Virus record (IMG/VR): IMGVR_UViG_3300023100_000003
Location: 30,755-94,754 of that record
Origin: a virus
Lineage: Duplodnaviria > Caudoviricetes
Length of the DNA: 64,000 bases
Direction: 5' to 3' (one strand)
Shown: positions 9,457 through 19,991 of the stretch, piece after piece
How positions within the stretch are numbered: position 1 is the stretch's first letter
How the letters are laid out: every line of letters starts with the position of its first letter
The notes under the pieces: generated by a model
Databases searched by the model: none
Seen by the model: only the letters and a program-made list of their open reading frames with translations
Told to the model about the DNA's origin: nothing
Translations under genes and position numbers: made by a program

Positions 9457-10008
9457 ATGACATGTATTTTAGCTTGTATTAAAAACAAGAAAGTTCATAT
9501 GATGGGGGATAAGCAAGGAAGTAATGGTTTCATCTACAGCAACTACAGTAAAATTTCAAAAGTATTTAAGAACAAAGAATTTCTTATTGGATATACAACA
9601 TCTTTCAGGATGGGGCAGTTACTCCAATATAACTGGGAACCCCCTGTAAAGTCTTCAGATGATTCAGAAGAAGTGTACTTATTCAACAAGGTTGTAACCA
9701 GTATTCTTAATTGTTTCAAGGCCAATGATTTTGGCTATAAAGATAAGGCTAATTGGGAAGGTGGTAATTTCCTTATTGGTTGGCGGGGAAGATTATTTGA
9801 AATGCAACCAGAAATGTCTTTATTAGAACATACAGATTTTACATCTGTAGGTAGTGGTGAATATCATGCTGTTGCAGCAATGAACACTCTGAGGATAACA
9901 AGAACTTATGACACAGACCCTAAGAAATTTCTAGAGACTGCCCTACTAGTAGCTTCAAGATGTGTTCATGGAGTTTCAATAGAATATAATTATATTAGTG
10001 AGGTGTAA
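9457..10008 (+). CDS. HslV/proteasome-beta-like Ntn peptidase
   Basis: N-terminal M-T-C-I (Thr nucleophile), MGDKQ, SKVF, SVGSGEYHA. Confidence 0.75.
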   Translation: MTCILACIKNKKVHMMGDKQGSNGFIYSNYSKISKVFKNKEFLIGYTTSFRMGQLLQYNWEPPVKSSDDSEEVYLFNKVVTSILNCFKANDFGYKDKANWEGGNFLIGWRGRLFEMQPEMSLLEHTDFTSVGSGEYHAVAAMNTLRITRTYDTDPKKFLETALLVASRCVHGVSIEYNYISEV

Positions 10009-10708
10009 TTTGCAATTAAAGAAAGTGGTAAACCATTATAAATTTAAAAGAGTTAAAGATAACCCGAATAGTTATCGTTGTTGTGTACATGTCATTTTGT
10101 CTCAGGAGTGGCGTGAAACTAGATTAAGAACAGGGTATCTTTTAGGAGATCATCTTTATATCGTAAAAGAATCTGGAGTATTCCCTCATGGTAGATTTGA
10201 ATACTACTGTTATTTCGTAGGAGAAATTGGAGCTGTCCATTACAGGAAAGATAATATAATGTTCTTCAAAGTAAGAACACAAAATCCATTTTAAGTATAA
10301 GGAATAATAATGAGTCATATTTTAGATCAATACATCGACTGTGATTTCCAAGTCGAGTTACAAGAAATTATCGAGGCGTTCTGTACGGGAGACGATTATG
10401 AGCAAGAAAGTGAAAACTACAACGGTTACTTATTCCCAAGTACAGGAAGCAGCAGAGGATTATAAACACCCAAGTAAACATTATATCATTGATGCAATGG
10501 GAGATTATGTTTACTTCCATTGTAGGGAGCGTAGTGATGCTCAGAAAGCTGTAGATGAAGAGTATGGTAAAGGAAAATATTCAATAAGATTAGCGTCTAC
10601 AGAGAAAGGTGGTGGAAATGTTAGCTGTAAAGGTTTTACTAATTCGAAAAGCCTCAGCGGCCAGAGATTAGTAAGTATAAGAAATTCACAAGGGAGAGGA
10701 TGTGATTA

Positions 10709-11158
10709 ATGAATAGAATATTTGTAGATATGGATGGAGTGATTGTAGATTTTGAATCTGCTATGAAAGAAGCTAACTTACGTGGTGATGAACTTAAGAA
10801 AATGAAAGGTGCATATCTGAATATGAGACCTATTGAAGGAGCTATTTCTGCTGTACGTAGTTTAATTGGTATGGGGTTTGAGGTGTGGATTGCTACTAAA
10901 CCTCCTACAGGAGTACCTCACGCCTATTCAGATAAGGCAGAATGGATTATGAATCACCTTCCAGAGCTTAAGAGACGTATCATCATTACACACGATAAAG
11001 GTTTATTAGGAGATGCTGATGATTTTCTTTGTGATGATCGTCCACATAAAGCTAACTGTGAAAAATTTCAAGGAATATTAATTCCATTTGTTGATGGGTA
11101 TCATTGGCCAGATGCTTTGGATTATTTCAGGTTTGCTAAGACCATGAGAAGTTTATAA
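10709..11158 (+). CDS. HAD-family 5'(3')-deoxyribonucleotidase
   Basis: IFVDMDGVIVDF, WIATKP, KAEWI, LCDDR. Confidence 0.88.
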   Translation: MNRIFVDMDGVIVDFESAMKEANLRGDELKKMKGAYLNMRPIEGAISAVRSLIGMGFEVWIATKPPTGVPHAYSDKAEWIMNHLPELKRRIIITHDKGLLGDADDFLCDDRPHKANCEKFQGILIPFVDGYHWPDALDYFRFAKTMRSL

Positions 11159-11331
11159 TGAAAGATGATGAAATTATTTATGGTGCTGCTCGTGGAGCAG
11201 GCAAAACATGGATACTGTTTGAAGAAATGTTTTTAAAGATGAAATTCTGGAAAATCAAATCTCCTGTGATCCGTGAATATGCTAAGAGGCAACATCGGTT
11301 AGGGAATAAGTTACCTAGAGGTTGTCAATGA
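11158..11331 (+). CDS. 57-aa micro-protein with terminase-like P-loop (below ORF-track cutoff)
   Basis: MKDDEIIYGAARGAGKTWILFEEMF...; overlaps the upstream stop (TAATG) and the downstream start (ATGA). Confidence 0.65.
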   Translation: MKDDEIIYGAARGAGKTWILFEEMFLKMKFWKIKSPVIREYAKRQHRLGNKLPRGCQ

Positions 11332-11816
11332 AAAAGAAACATTTGGAAATGTATATGGCTATTGCTGAAGCTGTGGCATCAACTAGTTCAGCTATTCGCC
11401 TTAAGGTAGGAGCAGTTGCAGTAAAAGGCAATATGGTTATTGGAACTGGTTACAATGGACTAGCGTCTGGAATAGATGGTGCTTGTGAAAATAAAATCTA
11501 TATGAAAGGGGCTGGTGCTTGGTTAGATCCTAGTTTAATTGAAAAAGAATACCCATATACCTTTAATGGAGAACGCTATAAGTTAGAAACTCGCCCTGAA
11601 GTTCACCATGCCGAAAAGAACTTAATTATTAATTTGGCTAAGAGTACAGAGAGTAGTAATGGTTGTAGTATCTTCCTAACCCATAGCTGCTGTGCTGATT
11701 GTAGTAGAATGCTTTTAGATGCAGGTATTGAAAAACTTTACTACAGGAATGATTATAGAAGTGATGAAGGATTGAAATATTTAAAATCAAATAGTGTGGA
11801 GGTAATTAAATTATGA
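11328..11816 (+). CDS. dCMP deaminase
   Basis: RLKVGAV, GTGYNG, VHHAEKN, THSCCADC. Confidence 0.9.
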   Translation: MKKKHLEMYMAIAEAVASTSSAIRLKVGAVAVKGNMVIGTGYNGLASGIDGACENKIYMKGAGAWLDPSLIEKEYPYTFNGERYKLETRPEVHHAEKNLIINLAKSTESSNGCSIFLTHSCCADCSRMLLDAGIEKLYYRNDYRSDEGLKYLKSNSVEVIKL

Positions 11817-12989
11817 CAGATTGTTTTTATAAACAACCACCAAGTAACGGTTTCTTTGGTAAAGCTCCTGTCATGTCAGAAGTTCAAAGACAAGAAGCAA
11901 TTGATTACGGGAAACCATATTGTAAAAGAGACGGGGACATGAAATTAACTTTTTACTATTACAAAGATTGTTGGTACTTAACAGAATATGAGGAGATAAA
12001 GAATGACAGACGATACTAAAGACGAAGGTGTTAAACCACCAAAGAAGAGTAATGTAAAACCTTTACACAAAGGTATTGTAGTTGATAATAAGCCTGAACC
12101 TGTGTTTGTGGATAAGAATGTTGTAGATGAACTAGAAAGTCTCCTTAACGAATCTAAACAAGGAAATATTGTTGGGTTGGTTTACACGACAGCTAATAAA
12201 GATTATACTAGCGACTACAACATCGTAGGATCATTTCCAGTTCCTGATAGAACACAAAATGTGTTAAGAGTATTGGATGATGATTTCTATGAATTCATTA
12301 CACGACCACTAATTTGTGGAACAGGAGATTTAGAGGAATATGATTGACCCCATCATTATCAATGGTAACGAAAAATGGTTAGATAAGCTTTGTGAGCTGT
12401 ACCAAGGACAAACAATAATATTCAGGGATGCCACAGACAAGACATACACAAATGCTTTAATAGATTTATCCAGAAGTCGTAGCATGATAATTGGGGTTTA
12501 TAACAATACCACTGACATTGGTAAAATATTTGAACGTAGGAAGAATAAGAGGATTAAAGAGTGAAAAAAGTAGGTGATTATGATTGGAGACAACTTTCAA
12601 TATGGGATTTTAGTCCAAGACCCTGTATTGAGAAGTTTGTAAAAAGTAGTTGTGGTAAGCATGTATTTCATTATTATTTATTAAGGGTTGTAGAGATAAC
12701 ATCGCCCAATAGTTGGCGTAATGAAGTAGTAACATCTGTAGAAGGTGTACCAGAAGATATACTTAATTGGAAATGTCCTGAGTATAGGGTTAAACAATGA
12801 CAACAGATAAACTATTCCACATAATTAGTCTTTTAGAGCTTGAAGTTGGATACTTACGTAATGTATACTGGCAATATAAAGCGAACATGAAGACAGAACA
12901 AGATCTTATTATAGCTTATAATAACTTCAGATCTCATATCAGTACGATATGTATGGGAGATGATTAAATAATTATCCATAGGAGGGTAA

Positions 12990-14141
12990 ATGAAATACAT
13001 AGTGGAACAAAAGAAGCTTGAATCGTTATTAGATAGTGAAGTGTGGGATCTACTGGCAGAACATAATGCTATCGTAGCTGGAGGAGCTATCACATCTCTA
13101 TTTTGTAGTAGAGAGATAATGGACATTGATGTTTATTTTCGATCTGAAAGAGATCTGGTTAAGGTATTAGCTGCTATATTTAGCATTGAAAGTATTTCTG
13201 ACCATGAGATAGGAAGTTTTTCTGTACATGTGTCAGGTTTAAGTCAACGTACAATTATCTGTTCTAACCAAGAGCAAATGATTCAATTCATGACATTCAA
13301 ATACTTCCCAGATGTACAGGATATCTTCGATACATTTGATTTCACTGTGTGTATGGGAGCTTATGATTGTAAGACACAAGATTTCACATTACACCCAGAA
13401 TTCTTTAAACACAATTCCCAGCGTTACCTTAAGTTCAACACAGGAACAGCTTTCCCTCTTATGAGCCTCATGCGTGTAGATAAATATAGGCAGAAAGGTT
13501 ATGAGATTAGTAAAGCTGAATTACTTCGTGTAATCTTCTCTTGTATGCAATTAAACTTGAATTCTTGGGAAGAAGCTAAAGATCATATTGGTGGGATGTA
13601 CGGATATGATATGTCTAAAGCTTTTGAGGAAGATAAAGACTTCACTCTAGTTGAGCTATCAGAACAGTTATCAACGCTTCAAGAACGTGGTACAGAGCTT
13701 TACACACCTATTGGCCATGCTAATAAAGGCTTCTGGGAAATTGCAGAAGAACTATTCTACCGTCCTGAAGAAATATTACCTGAACCAGAATTACCTGTGT
13801 TTGATGATGAGAAATATTTATACAAATGTGTACAATCAGATGGTACAAGTTATTATGGTTCCTCATATGGTAAAGTGGATTACATTGTAGGTAGTATTAT
13901 TGATGTCCCAAGTGGTGGATTGTTTTTCCATAGCTCAAGTAAGAATCCTTATGTACAGGATGATAATTGGGTTGAGTGTGAATTATTAGAAGGTGCCTTT
14001 AGTTCAGAGTATGGTAATCAGAAGAGAGTAGTCCATGGTGGGAAGGTTAAAGTAATACGTAGATTTAAAGTTAATAGTAGCCGTAATAGTTGGAGTGAGC
14101 TACAGACGTGGATGTTTAGTAAATTTGGTAATGAGGAATAA
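12990..14141 (+). CDS. Pol-beta-superfamily nucleotidyltransferase (CCA/poly(A) polymerase head-like)
   Basis: AIVAGGAITSL...DIDVYF and FDFTVCMGAYD; GGAGG RBS. Confidence 0.75.
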   Translation: MKYIVEQKKLESLLDSEVWDLLAEHNAIVAGGAITSLFCSREIMDIDVYFRSERDLVKVLAAIFSIESISDHEIGSFSVHVSGLSQRTIICSNQEQMIQFMTFKYFPDVQDIFDTFDFTVCMGAYDCKTQDFTLHPEFFKHNSQRYLKFNTGTAFPLMSLMRVDKYRQKGYEISKAELLRVIFSCMQLNLNSWEEAKDHIGGMYGYDMSKAFEEDKDFTLVELSEQLSTLQERGTELYTPIGHANKGFWEIAEELFYRPEEILPEPELPVFDDEKYLYKCVQSDGTSYYGSSYGKVDYIVGSIIDVPSGGLFFHSSSKNPYVQDDNWVECELLEGAFSSEYGNQKRVVHGGKVKVIRRFKVNSSRNSWSELQTWMFSKFGNEE

Positions 14142-14145
14142 TAAC

Positions 14146-15195
14146 ATGGATAATACACAGAAAGTAGTTTGGTATAAAAGTGAAGATGGTATTTACGTAA
14201 GTAAACCTACATTCAACTACACTGGAAATAGGGATCGTATCAATGTAGCTTTAATAAACGATAAAGTACCAACGGATACTCATCTCTATGGCTGGCAATT
14301 TGTTGAAGGTGAAACAGAGCTTAAATCTTTAAAAGATAAGAAAACTGGCCCTATCTGCAATATCCGATATGAACTTATCAATCCAAGTTTAGCTGGTGAT
14401 AAAATTCCTCTGGTGTTGACAGATAAACAAGTCAATGAAGAGGAAGATTGGGAAGATGATGATGAGCCTTACAGTTGGCATAATCCTGAATTTAATAGTT
14501 TAAGATCTTTATATGAACGTAAGTATGACAGAGAGCCAGCTTTCTTTGTAGAGGTTCCTTTTGAAGCTGAATATTTGGGAGAAATCCTTGCTGACAATGT
14601 TAACAACATAAGTAATGCAACTTACAAGATTAATCGTGGACATTACGCTAGTGATGGTTTTCAAGATATAAACATTAAAGATGTAGTTAAGTATTATGAA
14701 TTAGAACAAATGTTAGTTTCAGATTTATTATTACATAATCGTCCTTGCTATCTCGATTCACCTACTACATACAAAATAGTTCGTAATTACATTAAAGATA
14801 ATATCAACCCTAAAACAGCTATAGTATCTTCTGATTATGATTTCTGTTTTACTGTGGAAAAGAAGATATCAGTCAAGCCTTGGGTTAATCGTAGAGAGAT
14901 TCTTACTAGTAGAGGTAAATCTTATCGTCCACTAAAGTTTACAAGCAGCAATGTGGAATACAAGAAAATTAAAGTATTTGAAATGACTAATTCTAAAGAT
15001 AAGTATCAAGGCTATAGTGTTATTGATGGATTCAAAGGAGATAATCTAAAGAATTTGATTGACAATATTAAACTCTTCTTAGATGAATTATTAGAATTCA
15101 TTAATCAGGAAGTATCAGAATGTGAACACTGTAAAGGTACTGGTCACTTAGTGATGGATACTTTTGATAAGAATAAGCGTACTCAAGATGATTAA
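14146..15195 (+). CDS. Hypothetical protein directly downstream of the nucleotidyltransferase
   Basis: Long ORF with SDYDFCFTVEK and C-terminal CEHCKGTG; likely start MDNTQ. Confidence 0.65.
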   Translation: MDNTQKVVWYKSEDGIYVSKPTFNYTGNRDRINVALINDKVPTDTHLYGWQFVEGETELKSLKDKKTGPICNIRYELINPSLAGDKIPLVLTDKQVNEEEDWEDDDEPYSWHNPEFNSLRSLYERKYDREPAFFVEVPFEAEYLGEILADNVNNISNATYKINRGHYASDGFQDINIKDVVKYYELEQMLVSDLLLHNRPCYLDSPTTYKIVRNYIKDNINPKTAIVSSDYDFCFTVEKKISVKPWVNRREILTSRGKSYRPLKFTSSNVEYKKIKVFEMTNSKDKYQGYSVIDGFKGDNLKNLIDNIKLFLDELLEFINQEVSECEHCKGTGHLVMDTFDKNKRTQDD

Positions 15196-15547
15196 GTTGA
15201 TTATTGCTGGAGGTAGAAACTTTGATGACTATGCTCTCCTAAGAACTACTCTTGACAACTTACTCTCTAAGACAGATTATAGAGATTGTACAATTATATC
15301 AGGTTGTGCTAAGGGAGCAGATCGTTTAGGGGAGAGGTATGCTCACGATTACCTTATGGAAATCTGGAAGATGCCTGCTGACTGGAATACCCATGGTAAG
15401 GCTGCTGGGTACATTAGAAATAAAGAAATGGCTGAAGTAGCAACCCATTGTGTATGTTTCTGGGATGGTGACTCTAAAGGCACTAAACACATGATTGACT
15501 TAGCTAAACAATATAATTTAATATTGAGGGTGATTATGTATGACTAA
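15188..15547 (+). CDS. SLOG-superfamily protein (YspA/DUF2493-like)
   Basis: LIIAGGRNF, IISGCAKGADRLGE, PADWNTHGKAAGYIRNKEMA, FWDGDSKGTKHMI. Confidence 0.88.
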   Translation: MIKLIIAGGRNFDDYALLRTTLDNLLSKTDYRDCTIISGCAKGADRLGERYAHDYLMEIWKMPADWNTHGKAAGYIRNKEMAEVATHCVCFWDGDSKGTKHMIDLAKQYNLILRVIMYD

Positions 15548-15699
15548 ATTCCCAATGAAGAAACCTAAGTTTAAAACAGGATACTATGCTAAGAAGTATA
15601 GAAAAGCTAAAAGCTTATATTCTCCAAGCTGTGATTTTTCATCAAAGTCTTCTAGTACTAAGAATACCTTCATGCCCTCTCAATGTATAGGAGATTGAT

Positions 15700-16092
15700 G
15701 TGGAAATCTGCACTGACTACTATCCTAGGAATCTCCCTAAAGGAGATAGGGAGAATAATGATTGTACAATAATAGCTTTTGCTAAAGTGTTTAATGTAGA
15801 TTATAAAATTGTATCTGATCATTTGTTGAAGTTTGGCAAGAAGAGAAACAGAGGTATGACATACACTCAGATTGTTGCTTTCCTTGAAACTCTCACTAAG
15901 TTTAAAGCAATCCCTGTTAAAGGTAGATTACCAAAGTTACAATGTAAGAAGTTCATTCAACAAAACCCTACAGGAACTTACTTCGTAACTTATAATACAC
16001 ATGCTCTTGCTATTATTGATGGTATCCTGTATGATCATAGTGATACAACTAGACGATTTATTGAAAACGCTTGGAGGATAGAAAAGATATGA
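15700..16092 (+). CDS. Phage hypothetical protein with Cys/His papain-like pattern
   Basis: NDCTIIAFAK...THALAIIDGILYD. Confidence 0.5.
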   Translation: MEICTDYYPRNLPKGDRENNDCTIIAFAKVFNVDYKIVSDHLLKFGKKRNRGMTYTQIVAFLETLTKFKAIPVKGRLPKLQCKKFIQQNPTGTYFVTYNTHALAIIDGILYDHSDTTRRFIENAWRIEKI

Positions 16093-18901
16093 GCAGCATA
16101 TATAACTTTGTAGTAGAACTACAAGATCTTTGTAATAAATATGAATTAGAACTTAAAGCAGACAGAGAAGAAAATATTGGTATTTATCCTCAAGATAAAC
16201 CTATGGTGTTGGGTACTCAAACCTACACTTGGGGTAAAACTATTTATGTTGATATTGTAAAAATGGATGATGCAGATGAGTAATTTTAAACCACAATGGT
16301 TCTCAGACGATAGTATTATTGAACAAAACATAGTTCCTATTATCAATAAAGAAGGGAATGAAGACTTTGGTGTGTCACTTACAGTGACGACAGGGTATGC
16401 TTGTGTAGAAGTAGTGTTAGACTATAATGAGCTTAGGAATATAATGAAATATTTTGATGATGTAGCTTTTGATCAGTATGAGGAAGATGTTTATGAGTGA
16501 TTTTGAGGGTGCTGTAGCCATTAGTAAAGAAGTGGCTAGTGTTGCTATGGAGAAGTATAAAGAAGCTTACACACAGTCTGAAGAGGCTTTAAATGCTATC
16601 ATAGAAGAACAGCAAGGAATAAAGAAAAGAGTATTCTCTCACTGGCGCTGGTTAGTTCCTATAGATAAGTGGACTTTAGCTGTTCGAAAGCATGTCGGCA
16701 GTTGGTACTTCAGTTACCATCATGTAGCATTGTCTGAATTTGGTTTAGCTTACGAAGATTATAAAATATTAGACAGCTTAAGTGTTTCTCTTGATATTCG
16801 ATCTATGTTAGATATATCTTGTGGAGATAAATTATTATTTAGTCTTGAACAAGCTAAGTTTATAGAAGAATGGAGTAATAAATGAGTGAAATAAACTTCG
16901 GTAAATATAATGACTTCTTTGTTGAGGATAAAGTTGACCCATCTGGAGACTTGGAGATAGGAATACCAGAACATCAATCTGAATACGTAGTTCACAGTTG
17001 GCTTAATAAGGTATCAGCTTTGGAGTTGATTATTCACTTAAATAAAGTATTTGATTTAGGGATAAAAATAGATGAGTGATATACCCAAATGTATATGCCC
17101 TGTTAACACTCCAGAGCTGTATTATCACTTTCCAAAGTGTCCTTACAAAGTTTACATGATTGCAATTAAGAAAGAGGATAAAGAATAAATGATTGAAGAA
17201 CTAATACAACGAATAGAAAAGCTTGAAGCTCAAGTATCTCTTTTGAATGGAATGAGTAGTGTGATTGATAAATCTGGACCTAACCATTTGATGCAGGGAA
17301 CTACAACATCTCCTAGTTTAGGGTATAACTCAGAGTTAACAGGTAGTAATTTTAGAAATGTAGATTTCAATGAAAAGTTAAGAGCTGCTGCTGAAGCGTT
17401 TAGAGATAACTATCGATTGGATTGTGTAGGGAGTGATAGTGGAATAGGTAAAGCTAATATTGAAACTAAGGAGAATAAATAATGGTAGACACATATGGTA
17501 TTATGATGGAGAAAGACAATTGGGGAGATTGGGTTCAGAAGACTGACTATGAAGCTCTAGAACATGAAAATGATACTCTTCAGAAGAGAATAGAGGAACT
17601 TGAAGAAACTATAGAAGATCTCTTTGAAAGGTTACAAGAATATGAATAATCCACAACGTGTAGTATGTGCTGCAAACAGAAACTCAAAAGGTCTAATAAT
17701 TTGTGGGGCTAGACATTGGGATGATATTATGTGTACTGTAGTAGATGCATTAAGTGTCAGTGACTTAGACTGGGAACAAGGGTTTATCGATAATTATGGT
17801 AAATTCTTAACCAGAGAAGAAGCTAGTGTCATAGCTGTGGAACAGGACCAGTTGAAGGGTTATTATAAAGATTGCCCTACTGGATATTTATTTAGTGAAC
17901 ATTTGTATTAGGAGATAAAGTGACTAGAACCAACTGTAGACGTACACGTTATAGACGTAGTGTAAGACAGATGAGTCTACTAGACGGAGCTTTCTTCCGT
18001 AAGGTAGACTTCAAATATGATGGGCAAAAGGTTTACAAGCTTCAATACACTAGTAAGTGGAAAATAAGAGATACTCATTATAGAGATGGGTTAAAGTGGC
18101 AAACAGCTAAAAGAATTGGAAGGTGATATGAATAAAGAAATATTAGAGCGTATAGAAATTATTCAAGAGGTTTACCCTAACACAGTTATGAACACCATAT
18201 ACCAAGCAGTGTGTGCCCACCTGTATGATTATACAGATGATAAATTCACAGAAATATCTGATGAAGAACTATTGGCTTGTTTAAAAGCTGAAATACATAC
18301 AATAATGAATGGGTGAGATATGACTAGTCTATGTAAACACCCAGACAAGAACCATAAGCTATGCTCAGGAGGGTGTGAGAAGGAATGTCAACGTATGAAA
18401 AGAGAACCTATCTTGTGGGGAACTATCCTAAAGGATAAGAAAGATATTAAAGTAACATTTGGAAAGAAGGAGATAAAGAGTGACTAAGAAACAACTATTA
18501 AAAAGAATAAGGGATATAACATACAAACATTTCCATGATTCAGATGGGATAGAAAAACTACTCAGAAAGAATCCTGAGTTGGGCATACCCAAAGACTGTA
18601 TGGTATTTCTAGACTCAGTCAAGATTGCAGAAGAAGTGTACAGTTTATTTAAGAAACAGGTAAGTGAGGAAGGGAAGTGAGTAAATATTTAAGTAGAGAA
18701 ACAAGAAACAAACTAAAAGAAAGATTTGATATATCTAGAGCTGGCTATGTATACACATCCCCAACAACTGGTAAAGAAATTGTTGTAAGGGCAGAAGACC
18801 TACATGATCTACATGATTTTCTAGTATTCACCTCAACCAAAGAATACCATGAATGGGTTAAAATGAAACTAATGGATCTCAGTAATGACAGACTTCGATG
18901 A
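16089..18901 (+). other. Run of small hypothetical CDS
   Basis: Abutting or overlapping ORFs with GGAG RBS, including an unannotated 55-aa ORF at 17482-17649. Confidence 0.65.
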
Positions 18902-19583
18902 ACTCCCAGAAGAGATAGTACAAGCCCACATAGATGGGTTAGAGTACCACATGAAGCAGGGATTGATATCACGTAAACAACTAGAATATATTAACTCTGT
19001 ATCTAAACGTAAGCTTAATGAGTTACTGTCAGAAGACAATACCAAAGAGTACTTAAACAAGGAACAAGGCAGTAAAGCCTATACCAAGATCTTAGAGACA
19101 GGGATAACAGCACAGGAAGCATTAGAGTATGTAGCTGAGTATTATGGTAAAGACATAGAGTGGGTAGAAGAGGTAAAGAACAACAACTACATCCATGCTA
19201 AACAAGTATTCATAGACCATCAAGAACATGATGTACAGAAGGCTATGAAGCAAGATGGTACACTACGTCCTAAAGCTTTAAAGACAAGCAAAACACCTAA
19301 TAGTCAACTCAGGGAGCTACATGCTCAGCGTAAGCTGCATAGCACTTTGAATGACTTGAAGAGTACCACTACAAATCTATCTACAGAAGTAGAAGATTTA
19401 CAAGCTAAATCTGTTATCACTGATTCTAATGTAGATTTGGTAATGAACATACTAGATGTAGACCAACTCTCTCTGAAAGAGAAGGCCAGTAAGCTCAAAG
19501 CTCATGGCTTTACTCAGACCAAAATATCTACCTACTTAGGAGTTACTACACGTACCCTAAAGAGATGGTGGAAAGATATCTAA
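18885..19583 (+). CDS. Coiled-coil protein with C-terminal helix-turn-helix
   Basis: LKEKASKLKAHGFTQTKISTYLGVTTRTLKRWW. Confidence 0.7.
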   Translation: MTDFDELPEEIVQAHIDGLEYHMKQGLISRKQLEYINSVSKRKLNELLSEDNTKEYLNKEQGSKAYTKILETGITAQEALEYVAEYYGKDIEWVEEVKNNNYIHAKQVFIDHQEHDVQKAMKQDGTLRPKALKTSKTPNSQLRELHAQRKLHSTLNDLKSTTTNLSTEVEDLQAKSVITDSNVDLVMNILDVDQLSLKEKASKLKAHGFTQTKISTYLGVTTRTLKRWWKDI

Positions 19584-19991
19584 TTAAGAATTATTCTTAT
19601 ATGTCCCCTTTTTGTCACCTTCATTGGTGACTTTTCTCTTCTTTATAAAGGAAAATTTATATTTCCTGCTAATCCCTTTCCCCATATTTTATAATCCCCC
19701 TATAAAAACACACCTTAGTATTATGTATCTATGAAATATCTGTAGGTAGGAATATCTTATAACGGAGTTATAGACAGTAATTAGTACAGCAAATACACCC
19801 CCTTGGGATACCAAGATAACGAGACTTGGTGCTTATGTTACGTAATTCTAATACTATCAATATCTTAAGTCCGTGAGGACTAGTGTTTAACAAGGTCCCC
19901 CACCGACCTATTGTTCTCTCCGAGCTTATTGAAATATCTACCACATCTCACAATCATTGTCAATAGTATAATCGATAATAAATAACTATTC

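Noticed and set aside
12105-12113. DnaA-box match TGTGGATAA (another near 42793)
   Set aside because: Isolated, inside coding sequence and expected by chance in AT-rich DNA
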